A stretch of 64,000 nucleotides of DNA, taken from contig RDEW01000007.1 of assembly GCA_011109175.1 (NCBI GenBank), positions 557,712 to 621,711 of the forward strand, read 5' to 3'. Numbering within the stretch: position 1 is the first letter of the stretch; the number at the start of each line of letters is the position of its first letter. The notes under the pieces are model-generated. The model was given only the letters and a program-made list of their open reading frames with translations. It was not told the origin of the DNA and ran no database searches. Of the stretch, positions 14,168 through 26,684 are shown piece after piece. Origin of the DNA: Dicyema japonicum. Taxonomy: Eukaryota > Animalia > Dicyemida. A program made the translations under genes and the position numbers.

Positions 14168-15346
14168 TCAACCATCCAATAAAAGACATCGAGGATCAAT
14201 CAACAGTGTCGGCTTTTTGATATTCCTAAAGACATGCTGCAGGTGCGGTTTATGCAGGCATATCTTCCCGTCAATCAAATTCCATTTAAGGGACCTCAGG
14301 TTCTCAAACACGTGGATAATATCATCCTTCACAATCCCAGTCAGTTCTCTGCCATCAAATCAATACTCACGTGATCTCCTCTATCGTCACAATCTGGTTC
14401 TTCTTCGAGCTCATCAAGAGGTTGAGGACCTCCCATGTCCAAAACGACAGATAAGTTTCCAATCCAAAGTTCGACAGAGGACGTTCTGGAGATCCATAGA
14501 CCTTAGAAATCACCGATAGCTTATAGCCTCTAATAAGACACGTGCAAACTCAACGAAATCAGCAACTTCCCAAATCCTCTCCGCTGAAAGGGGGTAGGAT
14601 CAGAATGCAGGCCAAATTGCAGGAGATCTCCGAAGCCTTCTCCTAAAAGTCCACCACTACCAAAACCTTTGAAAAATAGCCGACAAAAGTTTCTTTCCCC
14701 TCCTCACACAGCACGAGGTAGTAAAACATAAATGTGCTCACATCATAGCAGATGATCTTATTCTCAACAAACATCTTCGCCACCAAAGATAGGTTCTGGC
14801 AGAACAGCTTGCAATCGGCTCCGTCAGCCTCATATATCTTCGCCGACTCTTTCTGGTACACAACCTTTCCGGGAAATGAACACGTTCGCTCGTGCTAAGG
14901 TAACTGGGAGACTTACCACGTGGGAACGAAGGGTCTGAAGGTTTCGCATGTATTTCATGCAGACGGGACAGACGAAGATAATTGGGAGTGTTTTATACGG
15001 CTGGAGGTACTTTGATGGGTACTTTGACTTTATTAAAAATCCCCCGAATTGAATGAAGCTGATGTAACGGATTTCAGGATTCTAGTTTATTTTCCACGAA
15101 AAAAACCTCAACGTAGTTTATGAGTTCGATTTGTGAGAATTCTTTGAATTTGTCCGACTCAAACCAGTCGTCATCGAAAGCTTTTATAGTTATAAACAGG
15201 TAACTGTTATCAAAGTGAACGTAGTACTCGACTGAGTTATTAATAAAAGGATTGAGTCTCTTTGTTAAGACTTTGCCAAGAATGTCGCCAGTTGGAGTGT
15301 CTATTATGTAATTACTGTTTATTTTTATGGAAGATTCCATAATCAT
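14168..15346 (-). CDS. MYST-family histone acetyltransferase with N-terminal chromobarrel (KAT8/KAT5-like)
   Basis: EYYVHFD, C2HC finger (FVCPVCMKY), FCQNLSLVAKMF, VGYFSKEK, NLACILILPPFQRRGFG and GSPERPLS; several ~22-26-nt introns. Confidence 0.9.
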
Positions 15347-15957
15347 GTCAAATAATCCACAAGAGAACGAAAATCACCAATTTAAATTTTATTATTAAAA
15401 ATTAAGTAATATAATAATATTTTTATATAATTGTTTTGTTTTCCATTCTTAAGAAGCTTTAATTTCAATAATTTCATCTACCAAAAACATCGTTTTTTAC
15501 TCATTTCATACACGCGATTTATTCTATTAGCCACGTGGTGTCTCTTATATCGCAACTTCTCCAGAAATTTGACGGCATCTATCTAAATTTTTTTATTCCC
15601 ACTAACTCCTTTTCCAAAAAGACCTACCACATTATCTCCTCATTTAATGGATTGATGTCCCCTCATCAAACTGAGCCGCACTTTCGAGGCCACCAGGTAC
15701 ACATGATACTTGAATGATAATAGGGGATCCACCGTGACTCCCAAGACGGAGGGTCTTCTTAGTGGGTATCGGTGAATAATATAAATTTACTGCTGGTGTA
15801 TTCCGTATTTATTTTCGCAATGAAAAAAATGACTTACCTGGTAAGAGTTTGAGGCGATTCTTCAAGAACCACCAGACCCACCAAATTTAACATCTCTGAT
15901 CACCTAACTACCTCGACTCTTCGATGTTCGCTGCAATCGATGGTCATCAACGTTTTA

Positions 15958-16095
15958 GGTCCTTGGGAGTGGAGGTACATGAGAACACATCAAATAACTG
16001 AGTTTTTGGTCCTTGGGAGTGGAGGTACATGGGAACACATCAAATAACTGAGTATTTGGTCCTTGGGAGTGGAGGTACAGGGGAACACATCAAAT
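15958..16095. repeat. 50-nt tandem repeat, ~2.8 copies
   Basis: GGTCCTTGGGAGTGGAGGTACA.G.GAACACATCAAAT(AACTGAGT.TTT) three times. Confidence 0.9.
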
Positions 16096-16096
16096 G

Positions 16097-16480
16097 ACGT
16101 TATGTTATGTTGTCCAATTTAGTCGTTTCCGACCCTTGGAGATCTCATGAACGAGTTTCCTCCACTCTCCCCGATCCGTTGCAATTTGGAGTAGCCTTGA
16201 TATAGGCATTCCCGTGACGTCTTCCACCGTGGATAGCAGCCGAATCCTCGGTCGATCAGGTCTTCTCTTCCCAGTAATATTGCTCAGCATAATGGTTCTT
16301 TCCAGTGATTCAGAGCGGACAACATGCCCAAAGAACGCCAATCTGTGTTTTACGATTCTTCCTTCTAGCGAAATGTCCGTCTCTACCCGTTTGAGTACAT
16401 CGATGTTTGTTATTTTGGAAGTCCAAGGGATTCTTAGTAACCTCCAGCACCACAGCTCAAAAGCATCAATTTTTCGTCTA
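16097..16480 (-). mobile_element. RTE/BovB-like non-LTR 3' end
   Basis: KIDAFELWCWRLLRIPWT...RLAFFGHVVRSESLERTIML..GKRRPDRPR..ATDRGEWRKLVH, then an (ATAAC)n tail. Confidence 0.85.
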
Positions 16481-16593
16481 TTTTTCAAATAACGTAAAGT
16501 CAAAAAATTAGACACTATTGCCAATAAAGTACTAAATTTGACTGCAACACATGTTAATTAAAAAGCCGCATCGATTATTGTAAATAAAATCAA

Positions 16594-17711
16594 TTATTCA
16601 CAATCTAATCCCTTTATTTCTTCCCACTCATTCCGAGACAGCAGATTAAGCCATTCCTCGTACATTTCACGCCTCTCCTGACTATATTGACAAAAAGAAT
16701 TGATCTCCTCATCTTTGCACTCTGGAACTACCGGGACCTCGGTTTGAGGATCATGTATGTCATTTAGGTCAAAAATCACCTCTTCGTTCATTTCGAGAAC
16801 CAATAAGTGGTCGTCGGAGTCATTTTTGGCATCCACGTTCTCCCTAATCCGTTAAAAACGAATTTACATGAGCGAATCAGAAGTCTCTGTATTTCCCGAA
16901 CCAGTCACTGATTTGTGAAAATTGGAGGACACGTCACTTCTGCATAGTACAAATTCCAGATTTTGCAAATGATCCCTGATTTTCCCGAACGAATAGAGGA
17001 TGGACTCCCTGTAGGGAGTGATGTACCTGAATATCAGACAGAGTCGACTGCTCAACAGCATCCCTATTTTTTGTTGTAGCTTTTTGTAGAGAATGTCGTA
17101 TTCCCCTCTGCAAGAACGAACGTTGGATTGAATATTTTGGAAGTACCTCATTTCTGTGGCGTTTTCCGTATTGAGATTTGACGCCTTGTTTGCCATCCAG
17201 CACATCTTTCCGTGGTATTTCGAAAGAGTGGACTCAAACATTTTCGCGTTCTTTAGTGTGTCCTTCAGAGCATATTTTTTAAAGTTTTTCAGTTCGTCGG
17301 CAAACCGTTTCAGGTGAATTATAGTCCCAAACCTCAACGTGATCGACCGAGGTACCTTTGAGTGGAAATCTGGCGAAATTGGCTCCCAACGGTCTCCAGT
17401 TTTTCCTGTACTCCTTCAACGTTGTGAGGATGGTTCTCGGAAACAAAGTCAGAAAAGTCGTCTTCAGTCTCTATCACGCCTGAATAATCAGTAAATCACA
17501 ACTTTGGAGAACACTGCAATACTTGTCAGTAATACGAATCAAACAACTGCAGCTGTCGTCAACTTTGCTGAGATTCTAAAGTTGGAGTAAACCAAAATAC
17601 ATTCAGTGAGTATTCCAAGTTGTAGTCGAAGACTTCGGACTGCTTCTTCTTTTTAAATATTTCAAGGATTTTCTGTTTTGCAATCCAATATTGTTTGGAG
17701 GTGTTCAGCAT
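16594..17711 (-). CDS. ICA1: Islet cell autoantigen 1 / RIC-19-like arfaptin-homology BAR protein
   Basis: Spliced product KQYWIAKQ..KKK...RFADELKNFKKYALKDT...YHGKMCWM...FQNIQSNVR...QKIGMLLSSR aligns by eye with ICA69; four introns of 23-25 nt. Confidence 0.8.
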
Positions 17712-18439
17712 TTATTTAAATAATAATTTATTTTAATTATTATATTTTAAAAATTTTATTACAAAATAATATATATCAAAAATATTTATTTTTAACTGAA
17801 ATACATTCTAATCAATATTTGGGGGAGAATTTCTCTAAAGATTGGTTACCCAAGTGGTGACGTACTTCTATTCCACGAAATGTATGCTTATCTTTCAAGT
17901 GGTACGTCCCTCTATTCCACGAAATGTCAACTTAACGATTGACGAACTTGATTATTGGAACTTGAGGTTCTAAGCAAAAGAAGTGTCTGATGCACATGGG
18001 ACCCAGGAATCTCGTCCAGCCAAAAATTGAATTAACTTAAGGGATCACATGAGGACTAACCATCCTCGATTCCATGGACGGCCAGGAAAAAAAACTCCAA
18101 TGATTAGAACGCTTTGATGAACTGCATGAGGGACCGCCTTCCGGAAGTGTTTCCTCGACTGCATATCCTTCTTCAGAACTGACTGGGATATCTCCGCATG
18201 AGTAACCATTTCCCTAAATAGGTATCCGGTTCTTGCAGAAGCTCAGAGATCCTGTTTTTCCGCCAATACATTATAATCAATAATTTTTCTATTTCTGCTC
18301 AGGCATTTTTAATTAAGTTGTATGACGTCATCAATATATTCGCGTTTCTGTCACATTTGGCAGTGCTAGGGAAAAGAAGGCAATCTACGTATGTCGACTA
18401 ACTACAAGGCACATGTTCAAAAACTAAGTACTACTCTGA

Positions 18440-19040
18440 AAAATTTGGCCGCATCAGTCTCGGACCCAGGTCATGCTCTAAGCAAGCCGAGGATCAGAAG
18501 AGAAGGAAATACTAAAGCATTTCTGAGGATCATCTGTTTGTCCCATTTGCTGTTAGATGTCAGGAATCCTTGGCAAACGGATTGGTTCAATGATCCAAAG
18601 GGTCACCAAGGATCTACGTGAGACTGATAACTAAGTCATTATTATAGAGTAACTATCAATCCAGCTGAACTTTCCAGAAAGGTCATACAGCGGCCGCCCT
18701 AACTGCGTGGCATACCCTTTCAGGATGGCGAGCGAGATTCGCTCAAATAAATAGCAGCCATCAGGGGGATCTCCTGTTCGTGTAGAAATCCGATTTCCTA
18801 GACGACTCAAGAATTCCAGGGTCGCAGGCGCAAATGAACCAGACGTTTCAATCGCGAGCGGAACAAACAAAAATTCTCGGATAGAAGCGCACACTTTGCC
18901 CTTTTTGAGCTCACGGCCATCTCAGCAGGCTCTAGAGACACTCTGCAGGTGAGCCCCAGACAAGAGGTTCCCCAACTTCAAAGGGGAAGATGGTCATCCC
19001 ATCGTTTCCAGTCACGTCTGCAAAGGCCGACTCGTTCGAG
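18440..19040. mobile_element. Two tail-to-tail CRE 3' fragments (+18440-18625; -18690-19040)
   Basis: FVPLAIETSG...YLFERISLAILKG on the minus strand; the plus copy is near-identical to 50995-51240. Confidence 0.7.
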
Positions 19041-19385
19041 CATTTTTAACTATCCGGTTTAATGCAACTAAATATTTGACCCCCACCAGGAAGTATATTT
19101 ACCATGAGAACTTAGGGGAATTATTGAACAAAAAATGGTGGGTTCTGTTTCCACAACGCTACCTACCTGGTCGAAGATGTCTTCCATCAAAAAATTGTCA
19201 TCTTCCGTACTCCACTGGAGGGGTCGGTTGGACACGTATTACTCTGACCGTAAGAACCCCTCTCCGGTCATTAGATAAATACTGAACAAAGAAGCCAAGG
19301 ATTAACCAAGTTTGAGGACATTCCTGTATTAAAATCATACATTTAAAAAAACAAAATTTTAATCAGAAAAGTAAAAAATCATTAA

Positions 19386-19947
19386 TTATGAAAAATAATC
19401 AACAAGAAATGGCTTTAGTTTTGCGAAAGCGGCAGATCTGTGGGAAACCTGCTGTTTTTCAAGAGTCGTCATCTCTGCATAGGTTTTATCCCCAGTGAGA
19501 GGTCTAAAGCAAGGATCCCAACCAAATTCAGTCTCCCCACGTGGATGGACAATCTCTCCTTCAACAGACCCGGTAAATAATCTGACTTGATTTCCGTCAT
19601 AGAAAGCAAAAGTGGTGGAAGCCGTGGCTCCTTTGTTGGGGAACCCACTCAGTGAAAAGTCCACCCGGACCGATCTTTTCAAGGAACCATTTAATGTAGG
19701 GACCTGGAAGCCCCCCAAGAGAGTGAAATCCAAGGCTGGTGTCCTCACATAACACAGGGACCTTCATATTATTGTATGCTTCTTTGATCTTCATTGTAGC
19801 AATGTATTCCTCCGTTCCTTGATATTCTGGGATGTCGATTTTTTGTGAGGTAACTTTACCGCCGAGCTCATCCCCCAACATTAATTGGAGTTCTTTTAGC
19901 TTATTTTTATTACTGGTCACAAATACTATACTCTTCACAGAGTTCAT
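19386..19947 (-). CDS. ITPA: Inosine triphosphate pyrophosphatase (HAM1), intronless, one frameshift near 19655
   Basis: FVTSNKNKLKE, PEYQG, EDTSL, GLPGPYIKWF, FGWDPCF, TYAEM and SHR, split over ORFs 19597..19947 and 19386..19748. Confidence 0.93.
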
Positions 19948-21739
19948 CCTTAATAATAATTTAAATTAAATTACTTTTTAATATAAAAAATAGTTTTAGT
20001 TTAACCACGTGTTTGATTGCCCCCGTCTTTTCTGTGACCCTTAGTTTTTGCTATCCAAGATCTAAAGAAGATCATAGTCTTTCAAGCAAGTCACTAGGAT
20101 AAAGGTTCTCCACCTCGCTGTGAAGACCACCTCCTTTCGAGGCGTTTATGAGGAAACCGGGATCACTAATTACACTGTCAAAGTTTCCAAAAGTAACACG
20201 TGCATACAGGAAGTGCTTCGGATCTCGGGACTAATGTGAGATGGGTGCTTAAAGAGGCCGGGATCACCTGACAGTCGTGTATATGAAACCCTGCAGAGCA
20301 AGCAGAGTAAGAGTATCTCACATTGAACGTCTGTTCACTGTGGAGGAAGAAATGTCGGACCTTACGTTTAGGAGGCGAATATACTTATGAATAAAATTTT
20401 ATCAGATGAGGTCTCCATGGCAACAGGGAAGCTCAAAGATGGACGCTCTCCAGGACCCGTTAATAATAGAGTTACTAAAACATGGTCCACTGCAACTTTC
20501 AAAAAGACTGCGGTACTGCAGAATGGCATAATACTGAATAGTGACTATTCGGATCATGGAAATCCTGCAGAAGGTCCGTACTTTAATCACTCTTAACTGG
20601 ATCCAAGTACTAGCGAATGAATATCTGACTGAGTGTAGTGATCCCCCGAAAAACAGCAGGGACGTTCAAAAAAGGAAGAAAGCGCAAAGTTTTTTTTAAC
20701 AATAGGAGGAGTTGGATCAGCAGTTAACTGGTGGGATATTAGAGTTGGTGGCGTAACTCTGGTTCCCTTAATGTCTTAATTTTATCAATGGGGACGCAAC
20801 CTACTCTCGTTCCCCCTTTTGTAATCAGGAAACATCAGATACTAGGACAGGGGAGGAACATGGGAATTACTAGTTATTATTCTGTTTCCACAAGTTACAT
20901 CAAAAGTCTTGGTATCAACAAGCATCTGAAGCATCTTCCACCGAACATTGACGGAAGCAAAACTTTCCTACTCCCAGGAAGTTCGTGTCTACTTGGTGCG
21001 CCTCCGTGGGTTCACTGTGGGCTTTACAAGACTATATGAACAGAATCGGACAGTCACTTTAGATTTGTCCTGAGTTGCCTTCGATGAAATGACTCAATCG
21101 ACTCTTAACTTGCTCAGCAAATTGTAGCAAGGGTCTTTGTTTGAATAATGCCCTCACTTCTCCAAGTTAGGACCCAAGATTATCTGTCTCCCTATTCCGA
21201 TCTTTCGTCGATCCTTCTGATGTCTACTACTTCCGTTTTGGGAACATTCATCACTAAGGATCATTTCTTAAGTTCTTAAGAGGAAGAAGTGGGGGATGTC
21301 TTCTTAAGGAACACTTACATTATATACAAGTTCTCTTGATATAGTTCTACCAATTCGGACTCTTAGTTTGGATAAAATGACTCATCATTTTTACTCTGAG
21401 AGTCCAAAAATTCTTCCACTACCTTCAATAGTAGATCTCGACGGACTGTTCCGTAAGTCCTCGAGAAGTCTATGGCCAGGATTATAGTTGCATTTTGGTA
21501 TTTTTAGTTTACAGCGCAGCACCATTTAGGGCTCCAGACTATATCCTTCGTTGACCTCCCAGTCCTGAATCCACTTTGAATTGACTCCAGATAGTTGTCT
21601 ATTTAGTTACTGCCAGTCTCAACTCCTCCATATAATCTCGATGCTCGTAGAAAAGCAAACCTCATTTCATTTTTGTTCTCCTACCATCACATTCCAGTCC
21701 ACAGCAACGAGCAACAGATGAATAGATCGAAATTCCGTA

Positions 21740-22060
21740 ACTGATCTCCCTAATTCTCCGTAAAAGTGGTCATTTCTTCAGGAGTCCTCCTAGCATACCC
21801 ACTATGTGGAGTATACACATTTACAATCGTAGTAAGCCTCCTTGACTCTTTATTAGGTTCCATTCGTTACATCAATCCTCTCATTAACTTTCCGTTGGAC
21901 AGTCCGAAGGAAGCAGTATTAGCACAAATATTTAATACTTCAGGCAAAATAGAGACCCCCCATATTTAGAATGCGTCATTTTGTCACGTCATTAAATCCT
22001 CTGATGTTGAAAAAAAAGTTGGTTCTTTGTGAATTCTCAGACAAAATTGGTTAAATTAAA
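21740..22060 (-). mobile_element. RTE-like non-LTR 5' fragment (APE)
   Basis: FFNIRG and TIVNVYTPHSG motifs, same family as 6860-7345. Confidence 0.6.
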
Positions 22061-22195
22061 TTATTAATCCCAGTTTAAAAAAGTTAACATAAGTTTTTGT
22101 AAAGTTTTTTTGCTGAAAGAAAGAATTGACTTAAAATAAATTATTTTTTAAATTTAAATTTGTTTAATGTAATTTAAATTTTAAATTCCCGTGCA

Positions 22196-22533
22196 ATGGC
22201 TGGTGGGCACAAAATTCCAAAAAACAAGAATTTAATGTAAGTGGAAATTAATGATATAATAGACGACCTAACAAGCGCTTAGAGAATGCCAAAAAGAAGT
22301 ACAACGATATTGTACAACAACGAAAGAATAGATCTGAGGTACTAACTATTTGGATATCAAACTAGGCAAGAAAAGAGTGGTTTAAGCAACGAGAATCTGC
22401 AGTAAAGGATAGAAAGACTAAAAGGACCCAAAACTTGAAACTTATGTCTCGCAAAACTTCACGTGGGCAACCTGTGATGGACGCGAGGATTAAAGTTCTA
22501 CTAAACAAATTGGAAAATGACAAATCTAAATAA
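22196..22533 (+). CDS. CCDC59: Fyv7/TAP26 family rRNA-processing protein, short form
   Basis: Two introns (26 and 27 nt) give MAGGHKIPKNKNLIRPNKRLENAKKKY...LMSRKTSRGQPVMDARIKVLLNKLE, the KTxxGQP C-terminal signature; absent from the ORF track. Confidence 0.8.
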
Positions 22534-23206
22534 TTTTTTTAATTTTGAATCCCCCAAAAGTCTGAATTGTTATACTTCAGTAAATGTAGTTTCAAATTGT
22601 GGTGGATGTAACTCCTCGTCACCTTTTTTGCTTGGAGTAGATCAAGTACTCAGGATTCACTGATAACCCAAGTTAAGAACTTAGGAATTGTCGGATACAT
22701 TAGTGATCCATGTTCGAATCCTGCCCTCAGGGAAAGGAAGTCGTAATGTAACAACTTGGAAATGTGATTTCTGAGTCAGCGTTGACTTTATCCTCTTATT
22801 TGATGTTCACTCCCATTTCCTTCAAGTGAAGGAAACTGGAAGCTAGTAGAACATCAACAAGTGGACGTTTTCAGAGATCAGTCAGTGGAGAGAAGAGAAT
22901 TGAAAGAGGACTAAGAGGTGACTTGTTTTATTTTTTAAATGCAGTTTTTTACGAAAACTAGTAATTTAAGTCATCGTTTGGTTGATTGGTCCCGTAGTCC
23001 GAAAATAAAAAAAATGCCGTCTTCTTTACATAATTTGAGTGATGTCTTAATACTGGCTTCATTCAGTGTTCAAGGCCTTAAAGAGAGATGGAAAAGGGAA
23101 GACTTGAGCAGAGACCCAACAGCTTACAAGATTATCCCATGCAGTCTCTGAGAGACTAAAGGGGAGACTCCGGGAGAACTATGGAGAATTTAGTCTTTTA
23201 CTCCTA

Positions 23207-23473
23207 AACGAGTGCCGGGCAAGAGTTCGATGGCCCAGTTTGAATGTTGTACATTTCGGTTGAAGGTTCCACGCATCTAAGATGATTTGTCTTGACGAGT
23301 GACGTCGTCATCAGTGAACATTTCACTGTGCAACCAGATCGTCTATAAATGAAATCCAACAAAAAGAAAAAAAGTGAAGAGCATTCCTTGGTTCTCTACG
23401 ATTAGTTATGATAACTGTTCTTTACTGTGTGTCCTGACTGAGCGGAGCTATTTGACTCTGCATGTAAGTGCAG
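23207..23473 (+). mobile_element. tRNA-derived SINE copy with 10-bp TSD
   Basis: Family core and tail; TSD TTTACTCCTA at 23197-23206 and 23474-23483. Confidence 0.8.
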
Positions 23474-23544
23474 TTTACTCCTAGACTCTGAATGCAAACA
23501 CTACGGACCTAAGTAGGTTATGTTACCCCCAAGTACATTTTCAA

Positions 23545-25500
23545 TTGTCCATTGAGAGAAACCTGTCTGGGAGCCATGCAAGAGGGGTGACAAATATACC
23601 TGAATAGTGATTATTGTATTTGTGATTCAGCATTCGCACATGGACCGTACTAAAAAAAACAGAATTGGAGATTACGTCCGAATTTATAACTAGATTACCT
23701 CCGACTTCGCCAAAGATCCCCGAAAGCACTGTTAATCGATTCCCGAGGTTTTGAGGCACCTCCACTAATATGATCATAAGCTCCTGGTTGCACGCTTTAA
23801 AATGAAAAGGTTTTTTGGAATAGCTGGTGCTAGAAGGAGTAAATCAACTGCGGATCGTTTGCATAAACTATGCCTTTTCACAAAACTCATGTGAGCTATC
23901 GTTTAGTAATAAGGAGATTGCTCACGTGGATGTGGAAAACCCACCGAATATAATCTGGAGTACCACTGTCGAGCCTTTTAAAAAGCATGTTCTGAAACAC
24001 TTGGAAGGAAAAAGGTGGCAGGATTTAAGAGTGTTTTTGATCCCAAAATTGATCTATCATCAAAGGAAAGGAAAAATTGCGGCTGGAAAGCAAAGGGGTC
24101 GGTGATATTACTGAAAACAATGATAAAGATACTATCTCTGATTGTCATCAACTGATATTCATAAAATCGAGAAATTTTTGTCTCTGGGACAGAGCGGGTT
24201 CAGAAGGGGACGCTTTACCGTAGATGCTGTCTGGTCCTACAGGTGGACTTGTGCCTCGTGCCAACGATACAAAACTGAATTTAAAAGCCTGGTAATTGAT
24301 ATATCTAGTGCCTTTGACACGTGACAGAATACTACAGCTGAATGTTATTGGATGTTTCCTTGAAGACTTTACAAGAATAATTCGCTTCATACTTTCTGAG
24401 ACTGTACTTACTGTCAGAGTAGTAAACAAGACACTCCTTTTAGGACAGCCGTTGGAGCACCACCGGGTGACTCGCTGTCTCCTGTCCTTTTTATTGTATA
24501 TTTTGAGGAAGTACTGAGACAGTGAGGACATGGTGCACAGAAGTATCATAGCGGCAGCGATTATTATCACCACAGAACACATAAAAAACAAAAAGTCAAT
24601 TAAGATTACACTGTGCCGCACCCTTTGTACCAGCTAATCCAAGGTCCCCTCTTTTCGCTAGTTCTCGTGGTTCATCGAGATGTCGGCCGTTTTAGTTTTT
24701 TTTGTCGACGCCTTTTAGATCTTTATTAAACACAGAGGGTAGAGTGGTCCTGGGCTTTCCTCGGAATAATCAATTCCATGAGATTCCTCCATCACACAAT
24801 TTTCTGTTACCCCCAAGTACATTTTCAAAATGTGACCTAAAAGTCTCCACCTAGATCGTCGGATTTGGAACTTCACAACAACGTCATTCTTCACTTGTTT
24901 TTGCCACAAGCAAACTCATGCAGTCAATCTAAGTCTTCTTCCTTTTTGGGACGACTTCAAATCTTTTGGAGCTCTTCCATGACCCTTGGGAGATGATCAT
25001 TGCTTGTCCACTCAATCAGAGGGGGTGAGAGGAGACTTCCATAGCTAGAACCTCCACGTCCATTCTTAATATATGCCTAAAGAACTTCCATCGAGTTTGT
25101 GACTTTAATCGAGATTGGCGAGCACCTTACCAGAGACCACCAATTACGAATCCTTGTGGTCCAGGGCAAGCAAAAAGATCCTAAACCATTTTTCCAGCCA
25201 AGAGATGGATGATGTCCACATCGTAGGCGTAGAAATTCTTCTCTGAAGCAGCAATTTTGAAGTGTCTTTAAGGAGACTCATTCTCTTGATTTGCACTCCA
25301 CGTGTTCAATTTTTTGGGAAGACACATTTGCACACATTTATGCCTTTACGACTAGTATACTATCTGGATCATAGGTCGGTCTCCAAAAGACAGGGATGTT
25401 CTCCACGATTGGAACCACAATCTCTTCCAGGCTAGAGATCGGGGGAGCGGCGTTAGTTCCGCAAGCGTATTGGTATTGTCATCGTTCGTGGCAATGCCCA
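23545..25500. mobile_element. RTE-like remnants: APE-end/RT (+, 23545-24620) and 3' regions (-, 24640-25500)
   Basis: GQSGFRRGR, DISSAFDT, GDSLSPVL-like motif; RWRLLGHILKM and RWKFFRHILRM on the minus strand. Confidence 0.65.
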
Positions 25501-25569
25501 CAGTCTCTTGATAGCAGGTGCCTGATTTTTTCTTAAGTCTAACAAATATATTTGATTAAAAAATTCAAC

Positions 25570-26330
25570 TACCCATTCATTTCAAATTTGATGAAGGTCT
25601 CCTGAGCCTCCTTAGATTTATTTCCGAGTTTTTTGAAGAAATCGTAGACAGTTACAGAGGTTTCCACATCGGGAAAATGAACGCTACATCACTGAAAAGG
25701 TCAGCATATTTTGGCGCTTTAACGTCTCGGCCATCCCTGCGGCTGAACAGGCATGGCAACATTCTGAAGGAAATTGCTTGAAGCGAAAGTATTTTTACAC
25801 ACGTGACGTCCGAGACTTGTGTTGGCTTTCCATGGAAAACAAAAAGATGACCATTTCTTCCAAACGTTTTCTATCTCGTCTCACATCCAGAAGGGTTTGA
25901 GTACCGAGGGGAAGCCAGCTGCCTCCAAAGCCGTCGAATGACTTTATTAAAGCTAAAGTCTCCTCCTCCAAGAGAGTACGTAGTCCAAAAATATCAATCC
26001 GTTCGCCACCTCTGTACTGGCGTGGCACACAAATCTTCAGTCCAAGCCACAGTGAGCTTCCAAAAAGATCCCTCTTCCCAACTTTACTGGAAGAGTTCCC
26101 AACCCTGCGGATTGTGATTATTGCTTGAAGCGACGCTTTTTTTACTTTGACCGTGGAATCATTCAATAAGAGAATTCGTTGTATTAGCTTAATTATTAAA
26201 TTCGAGAACACTAGGAAAAAGGAACCCCGGATCAACAGTACGGTTAGTGTGACTTTGGCCTGGTTTTTGAACTTTTATGTGAGTTTGGTGATTTTGGAAA
26301 CTAATCACCGCTTTCTCTCACGTGAACACA
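25570..26330 (-). mobile_element. Degenerate CRE-like RLE region
   Basis: LGLKICVP...IDIFGL...RDRKR..MVIF.F...AETLKRQ.YADL...DVETS. Confidence 0.6.
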
Positions 26331-26684
26331 AATGAGTGAGATTTTCCTTGTCAATTTCAATATGGAAAATATTAAACGAATAAAAGACAGAGAAACTGCC
26401 TCTAACTATTTTCGAAATATCTCAAGGAAATAACTGTTTTGTATTCAACATTTTGTAAGCTTGCACGACTTTTAAGACCACTTTTTGATTTTTATAATTA
26501 AAAAAGACCTATGAACTTTGCAGTAATTTTTAAGCAGCAAATTTACTTAGTTTCCTATCTGTTCAACTTAAATTGTCTATTTTAGAAATTTTCGAAAATG
26601 TCCGAAACACAAAAAATTTCCATTTTTGGAGATTATGGCAAAATATAAGAAGTAAATATCGCAATTTGTTTCCTAAAAATAAAT

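Noticed and set aside
20700-21730. LTR-retrotransposon gag/protease remnant
   Set aside because: Only a faint LVDT-like motif; too decayed to support.
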